Part shown: positions 51,281 to 64,000 of the stretch, in pieces
How the letters are laid out: each line of letters opens with the position of its first letter
How positions within the stretch are numbered: position 1 is the first letter of the stretch
Notes under the pieces: model-generated
Told to the model about the DNA's origin: nothing
The model's database searches: none
Seen by the model: the letters and a program-made list of their open reading frames with translations, nothing else
Origin: Octopus sinensis
Taxonomy: Eukaryota
Length of the DNA stretch: 64,000 nucleotides
Assembly: GCF_006345805.1 (NCBI RefSeq)
Contig: NC_043021.1
Coordinates: 434,001-498,000, forward strand
Reading direction: 5' to 3'
Translations under genes and position numbers: made by a program

Positions 51281-52206
51281 ATCTAGATTACAGGTTGCTT
51301 ATGGTATAATGGTTGGGCTGAGGTGGACAACTTTGTCCTGGAGAGGAATGCAGTGTACAAGTCCAAGGAATCAGAAAAATAAAGTTTAAAGGAGACTCCA
51401 TGAAAGCATGACTCAGTAGTCTAGACCGGAACTTATTATTTGGTCAGTTAATTTAGAGAATGGTTGACTACTTCAACTCTTCACATTATCACCAGCAACT
51501 TAGGTACCAGTAACACAATGGTGAACAATCACCTATGTCACATGATATGTTTGACCTAAAGATCATCATCATCAAAATCAACATGTATTTTTTCTATTTT
51601 TGTATCTTTTGGATTAGTCTTCTCCAACCCAGCATCTTGCTTCTTGGTCTCTTGTTTTGGCCTTCTTCTACATGAAACTTCCTCTTGGAGATCCTGATAC
51701 AACTTTACTCAACTGTCAACCAGCTCAATCTTCACTCTTGCACATTGCATCTGATTCCTCTAAGACAAGTCCTCGCCCCCCCCCCCCCTCCCCTTCAGTT
51801 CAGTTGTATTATTTAAACGCTGGGAAAAAGACATCTCTTCCGACCAGAAATGTAATGTTTCTTTCCAGACAGACAAGTCCATCAACTCTATTAGTGTCCA
51901 TAAGAGAGGGACAACTAAAGAGCATTAATACTCTGAAAGAGAATAAATAGCACTTGCATGTGTGTCTGTGTGTGATATGCATTAATGTGGCAGAAAAGAA
52001 GGTGCATTAGTTTTGCATAAGTGTTTAAGCAGAGATTTAACATGTGGTATACAATACAGGACGGTGCATCACTTGCAAATCTTCTACAGTGTACTACATG
52101 AAAAATACTACATATTTATGTTGACTACCAGTAATAGTAGTGATAGTAGCAGTGGTAACAGTAGCGAGGAGGGGAGGGTAGGAGGAGCTAGTGCAGAATA
52201 CTTTAC

Positions 52207-52254
52207 GTTCAAAACATGTCTCCGTTGTGTAGTCATCAAGGGGAAGTAAGTCAT
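52207..52254 (-). CDS. ABCC 48-nt linker exon (tentative)
   Basis: ttttttcag| (D)DLLPLDDYTTETCFE |gtaaag; phase 1 to 1, frame-neutral so could be skipped. Confidence 0.45.
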
Positions 52255-53039
52255 CTGAAAAAAGGTGACAGTTTAGAAGTGATACAGTCCAACCGTTCAG
52301 TAATACGTGCATAACTTACCTCATAACAAGATTCCATTCACAGAATTAACCGTTTCTACTAAACAACTTTGGTTCTGGTCGCCCCTCTCCCCTCTGTATA
52401 ATGCTCACTATAATTGTTTTTTTAATTACTTTTATTATTTACACACACACATATACACACGTGCGTGTATGTGTTACTATACATTTCAATATATATTCAG
52501 TTAACCAGGCTTATCACATGGAGTGTTGAGGTATTTGCCAGGATTTCTTCAATCCCTGTTTTCCTTCACTACATGTGTGTGTGTGCCTGAAAGGGTAAAT
52601 GCCAATGGTTCTCACCTGGGGTCCATATAAAATTTTGTTATTAAAATTTATAAGTAATAAAATGGTTATAATTCTACAATATACAAAATATTTAAACATT
52701 TTTTAATACAATTCCAAATAATAGTCATAAAAATATAATAGAATTTTTAGGCGTCAAATGTCTACGAGGACACCCCACCCCATCCCAAGTAAAATAGAGT
52801 TCAAAGGAGTCCAAAGGTAAGGGATGGTTGAGAACCAGCAGTAAATACCATAAAACTCTCCCTCAAAAAGTTCGTCCAATGCATGCCAGTATGAAAAAGG
52901 AAATGTAAAAATAATGATGCAAAATGAAAGGGCAGTGCCATATTCGAACTTGAGACACAAAGGATTGCCAAAGCCATGACATAAAAATGACTTCATTTGT
53001 CATCACATCAGCATCATTTTTTTTGTTTCCCATGTTGAC

Positions 53040-53995
53040 ATAAATTGCGCAAGCTACCCAAACCCTACCAATTGTCAGTGGGTGATATGTGGGGACTTTT
53101 AAGATAGTTAATTTTCTCTGGAGCAACAAAGTGGATGCACCAAATATCCATGCTTTTTATGTAGGTGGAACGGCAGAGGGAAAAACATTGGCTGATCAAA
53201 GAATGACCACAGTGAAGATTAGTTCCAGCATCTTTTAATGTGGTTGAAAAGCCTTTTTAGTTCAACTGGGAAAAATCATCCTACCTCCACTCCATATCAA
53301 ACTTGGCATTTGTTAGAATTCAGGATAAAGATGGAACTTTCACTATTTATGCAGCAGATTTCCGAATCTGAGAAGTGAAAGATAAAAGCTGACATATTTT
53401 GATGGATCTCAAATCAGAAAATTAGTGAAAGATGGGAACTTTGTAAATTCAATGAATTGCACTGAAGCATCAATATGGAATTCATTTGTAATAGCTGTAA
53501 AAGAATTTCTGGGCAACAAGTAAGCAGCCAACTGTACCGAAATAGTCAACAACAAGCTAGAGAACTTGCAAAAGTTAGGAGCAAAATATGATCATAAGGC
53601 TGCACTATCTCCACAGTGACTTCGATGAATTCCCTGAAAATCTTGGTGACACAAATAGGGAAAATATTCCTATCAGGACATAAAAATCAATGGAATAATG
53701 GTGGATGGCACTTGCATATGATGGTGGACTATTGCTGGAACTTAGTTCAAGATCTCCCTCAAGTTCAGCACTCAAGAAAATCATCCAAACTACAAATTCA
53801 TGGGTAATTAGACATAAACAATGATGTAATTTGTCTATATGGATTTAAAGACTTTTACTAGATTTTCAGCAGAATTTTAAGAAAGCATTCTGGTTTTGAT
53901 GTGATGGTAATAAGTGGAGATTCCATATCTCAAAAAACCCCTTGTTCAGGTCCAAAATTTTTGACAAGAGATAAAAATATTTTGTTGGCTTGTGT
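53040..53995 (+). pseudogene. Decayed DNA transposase, probably Chapaev3-like (CMC)
   Basis: Fragments ICGDFK...QQSGCTKYPCFLC.W, ILPPLHIKLG, EFLGN, YLHSDFDEFPENLG, MMVDYCW with many frameshifts; family name from recall. Confidence 0.6.
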
Positions 53996-54012
53996 TATGT
54001 GTGTGTATACAT

Positions 54013-54063
<51 letters not shown>

Positions 54064-54199
54064 TTAAGTAGGTGAATGAATTATCCTAGAATGGATAATT
54101 CGGTTAATCAATACCTGGGTAGCAAATTCACGTCAGAAAACACGGTTGAAACTACATGCCAAGGGCAAAACCTCATGTTCCTGTGTGGAAATTTGTGTG

Positions 54200-54226
54200 T
54201 GTGTGTATATATATATATAATATATA

Positions 54227-54258
<32 letters not shown>

Positions 54259-54395
54259 GTACATACGTACGTACGTACGTACATACATACATACATACAT
54301 ACGTACGTACGTACGTACATACATACATACATACATACATACATACATACATACATACATACATACATACATACATACATACATACATGTATGTA
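54200..54395. repeat. Compound (TA)n/(TACG)n/(TACA)n microsatellite
   Basis: Directly visible. Confidence 0.95.
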
Positions 54396-55062
54396 TGTGT
54401 GTGCATGTATGTATGCACACATATATATTTTAAAAACTTTCCAACTGATTAGTATATATTCCAGTTGTTTGCATTCTGAATTCATATCCTGTCTTGAGCC
54501 TTAACCTGTCATTCAGTTTAATGCCACCACTTTACGGGAGTCAACTCAGTTCAGGCTGGCCCGTCCCCTAATTTGGAAACCACTGCCCATGATTCTCAGA
54601 GGCCTTGTAAAAGATCATGGACACTGCTTTCCTCCTATTAAAGAAGTTGAAAAGAAACACACACACACATACTCTTTTGAATTTACAATTAAATTTTTTT
54701 TCAAAAAGTACTCAAAACAAAATTAGAGTGTGTATATTTAAATCTTCCTTTCGTTGTTGCAGATTTTTAATGCACATAACTATCATGAGACTGACAACAA
54801 TGTTGTAATTGTTACATAATAAATACTTTAAAAAAGAAATTTAATTTAGATTCGATGAAAAATATATTCTAAATGTAGGCACAGGAGTGGCTGTGTGGTA
54901 AGTATCTTGCTTACCAACCACATGGTTCCGGGTTCAGTCCCACTGCGTGGTACCTTGGGCAAGTGTCTTCTACTATAGCCTCGGGCCGACCAAAGCCTTG
55001 TGAGTGGATTTGGTAGACGGAAACTGAAAGAAGCCCATCGTATATATGTATATATATATATA

Positions 55063-56788
55063 TTCATCATCGTTTAACGTCCGTTTTCCGCGCTAGCACG
55101 GTTTGGACAGTTCAACCGGGGTCTGGGAAGCCAGGGGCTGCACCAGGCTCCAGTCTGATCTGGCAGTGTTTCTACAGCTGGATGCCCTTCCTAATGCCAA
55201 CTACTCCGCGAGTGTAGTGGGTGCTTTTAACGTGCCACCGGCACGGAAGCCAGTCAAGGCGACGCTGGCATCGGCCACGTTCGGATGGTGCTTTTTATGT
55301 GCCACCGGCACAAGTATCACAACTACTATTTCCATTGATATTTATTTCGATGTTCATGTACTTGACTCAATAGGTCTCCTCAAGCACAGCGGGATGTTCT
55401 GGTATCCAAGGTACTTTGAATGGGCCTGATGCAGGAAGCAGTCCGGGTCTTTGCAGTCACAGCATATCTCCAGAGATCTCGGTCCTTTGTCACTGCCTCT
55501 GTGAGGCCCAACGCTCTGAGGTCATGCTTGACTACCTCATTCCATGTCTTCCTGGGTCTTCCTCTCCCCCTGATACCTTCAACTGTTTGGGAGCAGCACT
55601 TCTTCACACATCTCTCCTCGTCCATCCGCAGTACATGACCATACCATCGCAAGCGTCGCTCTTGCACACCACATCTGATGCTTCTTATGTCCAGCATTTC
55701 TCTCAGGGTGCTTACGCTCTGTCGTGCGCGCACACTGACATTACACATCCAGCGGATCATGCTAGCTTCATTCCTTTCAAGTCTAAGCATGTCCTCTGCA
55801 GTCACAGCCCATGTTTCACTACTGTGAAGCATGGCAGTTCGCACACATGCATCATACAATCTACCTTTCACTCTGAGCGAGAGACCCTTTGTCGCCAGTA
55901 GGGGTAGGAGCTTTCTAAACTTTGCCCAGGCTATTCGTATTCTAGTGGTGACACTCTCTGAGCATCCACCTCCACTACTAACTTGGTCACCCAGGTAGCG
56001 GAAACTATCAACTACTTCTAGTTTCTCCTCCTGGAGTGTGATGGAATCTGTTTTCTGAGTATCTGTGGTGTCTATTGTCCCTGTGCATCTGCCACACATG
56101 AAAGCTATCTTAGTTAATTTCCCTTTGATGTTGCTGCACCTCTTATGCGTCCATAGCTTACACTGGGTACATCTTATGGAGTTTCTACCTACGCCTTTCC
56201 TACATATCGAGCAGGGCCACCTGCCCGAGGGTGTGTGTGCTGAGTTCGCCTTTCTGCTCACTATAACTTTGGTCTTTGCTACATTTACTCTAAGGCCCTT
56301 TGATTCTAACCCTTGCTTCCACACCCGAAATTTCTTTTCTAGTTCCGGTAGTGATTCTGCTATGAGAGCTAGGTCATCAGCATAGAGGAGCTCCCAGGGG
56401 CAACCTGTTTTGAATTCCTCTGTTATTGCCTGGAGGACTATGATGAATAAAAGGGGACTGAGGGCTTGGTGTACCTTGGTGTACACCTACTTCTACCCGG
56501 AATTCTTCACTATATTCATTGCCAATTCTAACCTTGCTGACAGCCTCTCTATATAGGGCCTGTACAGCCCTTATTAACCATTCATCAATCTCCAGTTTCC
56601 ACATCGACCACCAGATAAGGGATCGGAGGACCCTGTCAAGGCTTTCTCCAAGTCCACAAAAGCTATGTAGAGGGGTTTATCTTTAGCTAGGTACTTTTCC
56701 TGCAGTTGTCGGACCAGGAATATAGCATCAGTGGTGCTTCTACCTGGCACAAAACCGAACTGCATCTCATCTAAGCAAATTCTCTCCC
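55063..56788 (-). mobile_element. 5'-truncated RTE-clade LINE (RT, C-terminus, 3' UTR, (GAT)n tail)
   Basis: QFGFVPGRSTTDAIF...FVDLEKA, GVHQG, LLYADDL, FRYLG, RRLRWYGHV, RGRPRKTW; frameshifts ~56600 and ~56490. Confidence 0.92.
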
Positions 56789-58442
56789 GTGTATGTGTGC
56801 CTGTGTTTGTCCCCCTAGCATTGCTTGACAACTGATGCTGGTGTGTTTATGTCCCCGTCACTTAGCGGTTCGGCAAAAGAGACCGATAGAATAGGTACTG
56901 GGCTTACAAAGAATGAGTCCCGGGGTCAAGTTACTTGATTAAAGGCAGTGCTCCAGCATGGCCGCAGTCAAATGACTGAAACAAGTAAAAGAGTATCATA
57001 TTGTAGTTTTCTCGTCACTGTAGCAAAGAATGAATTGCTGACAGGTGGAAGGTCATTTCACATTTTTACTAAATCACAGAAATTGGTTTATTATATAAAA
57101 GAGTCGACAAAGACATGGGTGCATGCATAAAGGCATTCGTTATGCTTGCACAAAATACATGCAAACACAAGGAAACATTCACAGGTGATTGTGTTCATGC
57201 AAATACCGAAACTGGAATAAACATGCATGTAGTCCCATACACACAGACACAGAACACATGTATATACAAACCTACATACAGCCATACAAACAAACATACA
57301 TCTGAAATTGTTAAAAAAACACTTAGCGTTTCTACATCAGACTTAAAACATTAAACTGTTTTCTACAGAAAATACACAAAAATCAAATAAAATCATATTC
57401 TAAAAATATATAGTCCTTTGTCTCCATGAAGTGTGTGTGGGGTGTATGGTAGTACCATATTTCTTCAAATAAGTAATTTCCTTTGGTCATGAATGACCAT
57501 GGGATGACACCTAGTAAGTTCTCCTCCGAGGCACAAGTCCAGGCAAGGTTGTTTATGGAAAACCAGCAGTCACCCATGCAAACCAGTCTCTCTAATCTCC
57601 ACGCCACCGATATTATCCAAGGGAACGACAAAGGCCGATACAGCTTGGCACCAGTGACATTGCAACACATATCTACAGCTGAGTGAACTGGAGCAACGTG
57701 AAATAAAGTGTCTTGCTCAAGAGCACAACATACAGCCCGGTCTAGGAATTGAACTCACTACCTCATAATATAGAACTAACATTACAATTTTATTCACGTT
57801 AATGACAAAACTAAACCCACAGTAAGGGATTTGTAAACTACGCATATTTAGTCCAAACAGCACTAACCAGGCAATGAGTCTATGATGTAATGTCAAATGA
57901 TACAGTGGGGAGGGGGTTTCTCCTAAGGGATTTAGTGTTGGTAGGGGTTGTGTGGGCGATGGAGCATTTTTTGGTCAATAGTAGGGCGATATTGCAATTT
58001 GGCATGAAAGGTTTAGGAAACACTGCTTTAGGGTCCGGAACTGTAAAATAATTAAAATCACATCTAGCACACACACACATTATATATTCAAGATGTTGTT
58101 AGTGTAGCTTGTTCCAGACAGAATTACTGGCTCTCTATACAGATGTGCTCCACAAAGAAACATCTGTGGCCACTCAACTACCTGGAAGCAGGAGCCAAAT
58201 CTTCAGATCACAGCCAACTATCTTGAAACACATTAGATGTTGTAGTGCCAAGGTACATTGTGGCTGAATAAAACCAAAATGGTGACAGCTAGATCACATT
58301 TTTGTATCGTTTGTTGGATTAAGAGGTGGGATTAGTGGGGGCTAAACAGCACTTACATTATACTACATCCTACCATCATAACATCACAACCAGATATACA
58401 CATGCATATAATTGCAACTTTAATGTTAGACAAGATACTTAC

Positions 58443-58530
58443 CTTCTTCCAATCCATCATCCTCAAGACTATTTTCTGTCATTACAGACATCTGTGATAC
58501 CTGACGACTAATTGGTATCCCAAGGTTTGA
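58443..58530 (-). CDS. ABCC exon: NBD1-TMD2 linker
   Basis: gtgtttcag| SNLGIPISRQVSQMSVMTENSLEDDGLEE |gtaagt; phase 0 to 1. Confidence 0.7.
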
Positions 58531-58957
58531 CTGAAACACAAATATATACCAGTAATATACAGGGGTTTAATCACACAACAAATACGTGTGCATGTGTATA
58601 TGCATGTAGACATATATTGTAGACGCAGCTATGTTGAGGTATGTGTATATGTTTTTTTTCTTTTGCATGTATATGTGTGTGTAGAGTTAGGTGTATGTGT
58701 GTGTCAACAGTTCCAATTTCATTTCAGATATGGGGTTGTGCCTTTGACTAAGATACAGGAGTAAATTTTTCTAGACAGGCAAACTGAGCAAAACAAGAAA
58801 ATCCACGTTTCCCATAGGTGCTTCTACACAGTTGCTCATTCTGTCGGAAAAAGCAGCAAAATCTGCCTCATATCACACTCTACTGTCTCACAGAATGATG
58901 TATTGGATAGAGTAATACTTTGCTTAGTCAAACAGAGCCAACATGAACACACATACT

Positions 58958-61900
58958 CACACCGACACATGGGGCTAACACCAACACATTGAGATAACAC
59001 CAAAACATGGACTAACACCAAGACATGGGGCTAACACCAACACATGGGGACACAACCAAAACAGGAACAAACACCAACACATGGGGCCAACACCAAAAGA
59101 GGTACTAACACCAATACATGGGGCTAACACTAAAACAGGGACTAACACAAATACATGGGACTAATATCAAAACATGGGGCTAACACCAACACATGGGACT
59201 AACAACAAAACATGGGGATAACACCAACACATGGGACTAACACCAATACATGGCGATAACACCAACACATGGGACTAACACCAATACATGGGGATAACAC
59301 CAACACATGGGACTAACACCAATACATGGGGATAACACCAATACATAGGGATAACACCAACACATAGGAGTAACACCAACACATGGGGCTAACACCAAAA
59401 CAGGGACTAACACCAACACATGGGGCTAACACCAACACATGGGGCTAACACCAACACATGGGACTAACACCAACACATGGGGCTAACACCAACACATGGG
59501 AGTAACACCAACACAGGGACTAACACCAACACAGGGACTAACACCAACACATGGGGCCAACACCAACACATGGGGCTAACACCAACTCATGGGGCTAACA
59601 CAAAAACAGGGACTAACACCAACACATGGGTTTAACACCAAAATAGGGACTAACACCAAAACAGGCACTAACACAAACACATGGGACTAACACCAAAACT
59701 GGGTCTAACACAAACACATGGGGTTAACACCAAAACAGGGACTAACACCAAAACTGGGACTAACACCAACACATGGGGCTAACATGAACACATGGGGCTA
59801 ACACCAACACATGGGGCTAACACCAAAAAAAGGGACTAACACCAACACATGGGCCTAACACCAAAACAGGGACTAACACCAACACATGGGGCTAACACCA
59901 ACACATGGGGCTAACACCAACTCATGGGGCTAACACCAACACATGGGGCTAACACCAACTCATGGGGCTAACACCAACTCATGGGGCTAACACCAATTCA
60001 TGGGGCTAACACCAACACCTGGGACTAACACTAAAACACGGACTAACACCAACACATGGGTTTAACACCAAAACAGGGACTAACACCAAAACAGGGTTTA
60101 ACACAAACACATGGGGCTACCACCAAAGCAGGGACTAACACATGGGGCTAACACCAAAACAGGGTCTAACACAAACACATGGGGCTAACACCAAAACAGG
60201 GACTAACACCAAAACTGGGACTAACACCAACACATGGGGCTAACACCAATACATGGGGCTAACACCAAAACAGGGACTAACACCAACACATGGGGCTAAC
60301 ACCAACACAGGGACTAACACCAACACAGGGACTAACACCAACACATGGGAGTAACACCAACACATGGGGCTAACACCAAAACAGGGACTAACACCAACAC
60401 ATGGGGCTAACACCAAAACAGGGTCTAACACAAACACATGGGGCTAACACCAAAACTGGGACTAACACCAACACATGGGGCTAACACCAAAACACGATCT
60501 AACACAAACATGGTGCTAACACCAAAACAGAGACTAACACCAAAACTGGGACTAATATCAAAACAGGCACTAATACAAACACATGGGGCTAACACCAACA
60601 CATGGTGCTAACACGAACACATGGGACTAACACCAAAACAGGGACTAAAACTAACACATGGGGCTAACACCAAAACAGGGTCTAACACAAACACATGGGG
60701 GCTAACACCAAAACAGGGACTAACACCAAAACTGTGACTAGCACCAAAACAGGGTCTAACACCAACACATGGGGTTAACAGCAAAACAGGGTCTAACACA
60801 AACACATGGGCTAACACCAAAACACAGTCTAACACAAACACATGGGGCTAACACCAACACATGGGGCTAACACCGACACAGGGACTAACACAAACACATG
60901 GGGCTAACACCAAAACAGGGACTAACACAAAAACTGGGACTAACACAAACACATGGGGCTAACACCAAAACAGGGGCTAACACCAAAACAGGGACTAACA
61001 CCAAAACAGGGACTAACAACAAAATGGACTAACACCAACACATGGAGCTAACACCAAAACAGAGACTAACACCAAAACAGGGACTAACACCAAAACTGGG
61101 ACTAACACCAAAACAGGGACTAACACCAAAACATGGACTAACACCAAAACAGGCACTAATACAAACACATGGGGCTAGCACCAAAACAGGGTCTAACACA
61201 AACACATGGGGCTAACACCAAAACTGGGACTAACACCAACACATGGGACTAACACCAAAACAGGGACTAACACCAACACATGGGGCTAACACCAAAACAG
61301 GGACTAACACCAAAACTGGGACTAACACCAACACATGGTCTAACACAAACACATGTGGCTAACACCAAAATCGGGACTAACACCAACACATGGGGCTAAC
61401 ACCAAAACTGGGACTAACACCAACACATGGGGCTAACACAAAAACAGGGACTAACACCATCACATGGGGCTAACACCAAAACAGGGGCTAACACCCAAAC
61501 TGGGACTAACACCAACACATGGGGCTAACACCAAAACAGGGACTAACACCAACATATGGGGCTAACACCAACGCATGGGGCTATCACCAAAACAGGGACT
61601 AACACCAACACATGGGGCTAACACCAACACAGGGACTAACACCAACACAGGGACTAACACCAACACATGGGAGTAACACCAACACGTGGGGCTAACACCA
61701 AAACAGGGACTAACACCAACACATGGGGCTAACACCAAAACATGGACTAACACCAAAACAGGCACTAATACAACACATGGGGCTAGTACCAAAACAGGGT
61801 CTAACACAAACACATGGAGCTAACACCAAAACAGACTAACACCAAAACTGGGACTAACACCAACACATGGGGCTAACACGAACACATGGGACTAACACCA

Positions 61901-64000
61901 AAACAGGGACTAACACCAACACATGGGGCTAACACCAAAACAGGGTCTAACACAAACACATGGGGCTAACACCAAAACAGGGACTAACACCAAAACAGGC
62001 ACTAACACTAACAAATGGGACTGACACCAACACATGGGGCTAACACGAACACATGGGACTAACACCAACTCATGGAGCTAACAGCAAAACAGGGTCTAAA
62101 ACAAACACATGGGGCTAACACCAAAACAGGGACTAACACCAAAACTGGGACTAACACCAACACATGGTCTAACACAAACACATACGGCTAACACCAAAAT
62201 CGGGACTAACACCAACACATGAGGCTAACACCAAAACAGGGACTAACACCAAATCTGGGACTAACACAAACACATGGGGCTAACACCAAAACAGGGTCTA
62301 ACACAAACACATGGGGCTAACACCAAAACAGGGACTAACACCAAAACTGGGACTAACACAAACACATGGGGCTAACACCAAAACAGGGACTAACACCAAA
62401 ACAGGGGCTAACACCAAAACAGAGACTAACACCAAAACAGGGACTAACACCAAAACAGGGACTAACACCAACACATGGGGCTAACACCAAAACAGGGACT
62501 AACACCAACACATGGGGCTAACACCAAAACAGGGGCTAACACCAAAACTGGGACTTACACCAACACATGGGGCTAACACCAAAACAGGGACTAACACCAA
62601 CACATGGGGCTAATACCAAAACAGGGACTAACACCAACACATGGGGCTAACACCAACACAGGGGGCTAACACCAACACAGGGACTAACACTAACACAGGG
62701 ACTAACACCAACACATGGGAGTAACACCAACATGTGGGGCTAACACCAAAACAGGGACTAACACCAACACATGGGGCTAACACCAAAACAGGGGCTAACA
62801 CCAACACAGGGGGCTAACACCGACACAGGGGGCTAACACCGACACAGGGACTAACACCAAAACTGGGACTAACACCAACACATGGGGCTAACACGAACAC
62901 ATGGGACTAACACCAACACATGGGGCTAACACCAAAACAGGGTCTAACACAAACCATGGGGCTAACACCAAAACAGGCACTAACACAAACACATGGGGCT
63001 AACACCAAAACAGGGTCTAACACAAACACATGGGGCTAACACCAAAACGGACTAACACCAACACGTGGGGCTAACAGCAAAACAGGGTCTAAAACAAACA
63101 TGGGGCTAACACCAAAACAGGGACTAACACCAACACATGGTCTAACACAAACACATGCGGCTAACACCAAAACAGGGACTAACACCAAATCTGGGACTAA
63201 CACAAACACATGGGGCTAACACCAAAACAGGGCCTAACACAAACACATGGGGCTAACACCAAAACAGGGACTAACACCAATACAGGGGCTAACACCAAAA
63301 CAGGAACTAACACCAAAACTGGGACTAACACCAAAACAGGGACTAACACCAAAACAGGGACTAACACCAACACATGGGGCTAACACCAAAACAGGGACTA
63401 ACACCAACACATGGGGCTAACACCAAAAACAGGGGCTAACACCAAAACTGGTACTTAAACACCAACACATGGGCTAACACCAAAACAGGACTAACACCAA
63501 CACATGGGGCTAACACCAAAACAGGGACTAACACCAACACATGGGGCTAACACCAACACAGGGGGCTAACACCAACACAGCGACTAACACCAACACAGGG
63601 ACTAACACCAACACATGGAGTAAACACCACACGTGGGGCTAACACCAAAACAGGGACTAACACAAATACATGGGGCTACACAACCAAACAGGGACTAACA
63701 CACCAAAACTGGGACTAACACCAACACATGGGGCTAACACCAAAACAGGGTCTAACATAAACATGGGGCTAACACCAAAACAGGGACAAACACAAACATG
63801 GGGCTAACACCAAAACAGGGACTAACACCAACACATGGGGCTAACACCAACACATGGAGCTAACACCAACACAGGGACTAACACCAACACATGGGGCTAA
63901 CACCAAAACAGGGTCTAACACCAAAACAGGGACTAACACCAAAACTGGGACTAACACCAACACATGGGGCTAACACCAAAACAGGGTCTAACACAAACAT
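58958..64000. repeat. Minisatellite/satellite of 18-19 bp variant units (roughly 270), running off the window end, intronic to the ABCC gene
   Basis: Units CTAACACCAACACATGGGG, CTAACACCAAAACAGGGA, CTAACACCAAAACTGGGA, CTAACACAAACACATGGGG. Confidence 0.97.

Larger units (their letters stand above)
32143..58530 (-). other. ABCC9-like: Span of the visible part of a SUR-like ABCC gene (linker, TMD2, NBD2; 16 exons, 666 aa)
   Basis: 16 GT-AG exons join in frame; NRWLAIRLDFLGCLILL and RFNLDP...WEAL...GQRQLFCFARA resemble ABCC8/9; orthology not tested. Confidence 0.85.

Noticed and set aside
51555-51700. Charged minus-strand frame DLQEEVSCRRRPK...IHVDFDDDDL* as an ABCC linker exon
   Set aside because: In-frame stops on both sides, weak acceptor and no phase-compatible donor.
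59237-61813. VLVLAPCVGV-repeat ORFs
   Set aside because: Translations of the satellite; short, interrupted, no splice support.
58958-64000. Telomere-like array
   Set aside because: Units contain CTAAC but not (TTAGGG)n or (TTAGG)n, and the array lies inside a gene.

Overview
AT-rich, intron-containing animal DNA, most likely an octopus (inferred from the tRNA-derived SINE families and extreme microsatellite load, not confirmed by search). Two partial, convergent protein-coding genes can be reconstructed from GT-AG exons with consistent phases. (1) + strand, 567-8633: three exons encoding one Ig domain, a Ser/Thr-rich stalk and a GPI-signal-like C-terminus; the 5' exon lies upstream of the window. 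(2) - strand, 58530 down to 32143: 16 exons (2001 nt, 666 aa + stop) encoding the linker, TMD2 and NBD2 of a sulfonylurea-receptor-like ABCC protein; the gene continues past the window end. Its NBD2 has an open frame and clean splice sites, yet Walker A K>R, Q-loop Q>H and Walker B DE>EQ, so it is predicted to be ATPase-dead; this is the most notable observation. The rest is repeats: CR1-group, RTE and R4/Dong-like LINEs, mariner and Chapaev-like remnants, hAT/piggyBac/Helitron-type non-autonomous elements, three SINE families, Penelope-like ends with hammerhead-like motifs, several long hairpins, and a >5 kb 18-19 bp satellite in an ABCC intron. Exon coordinates were counted to the base; repeat boundaries are approximate. 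Family assignments come from motif recognition, not database searches.
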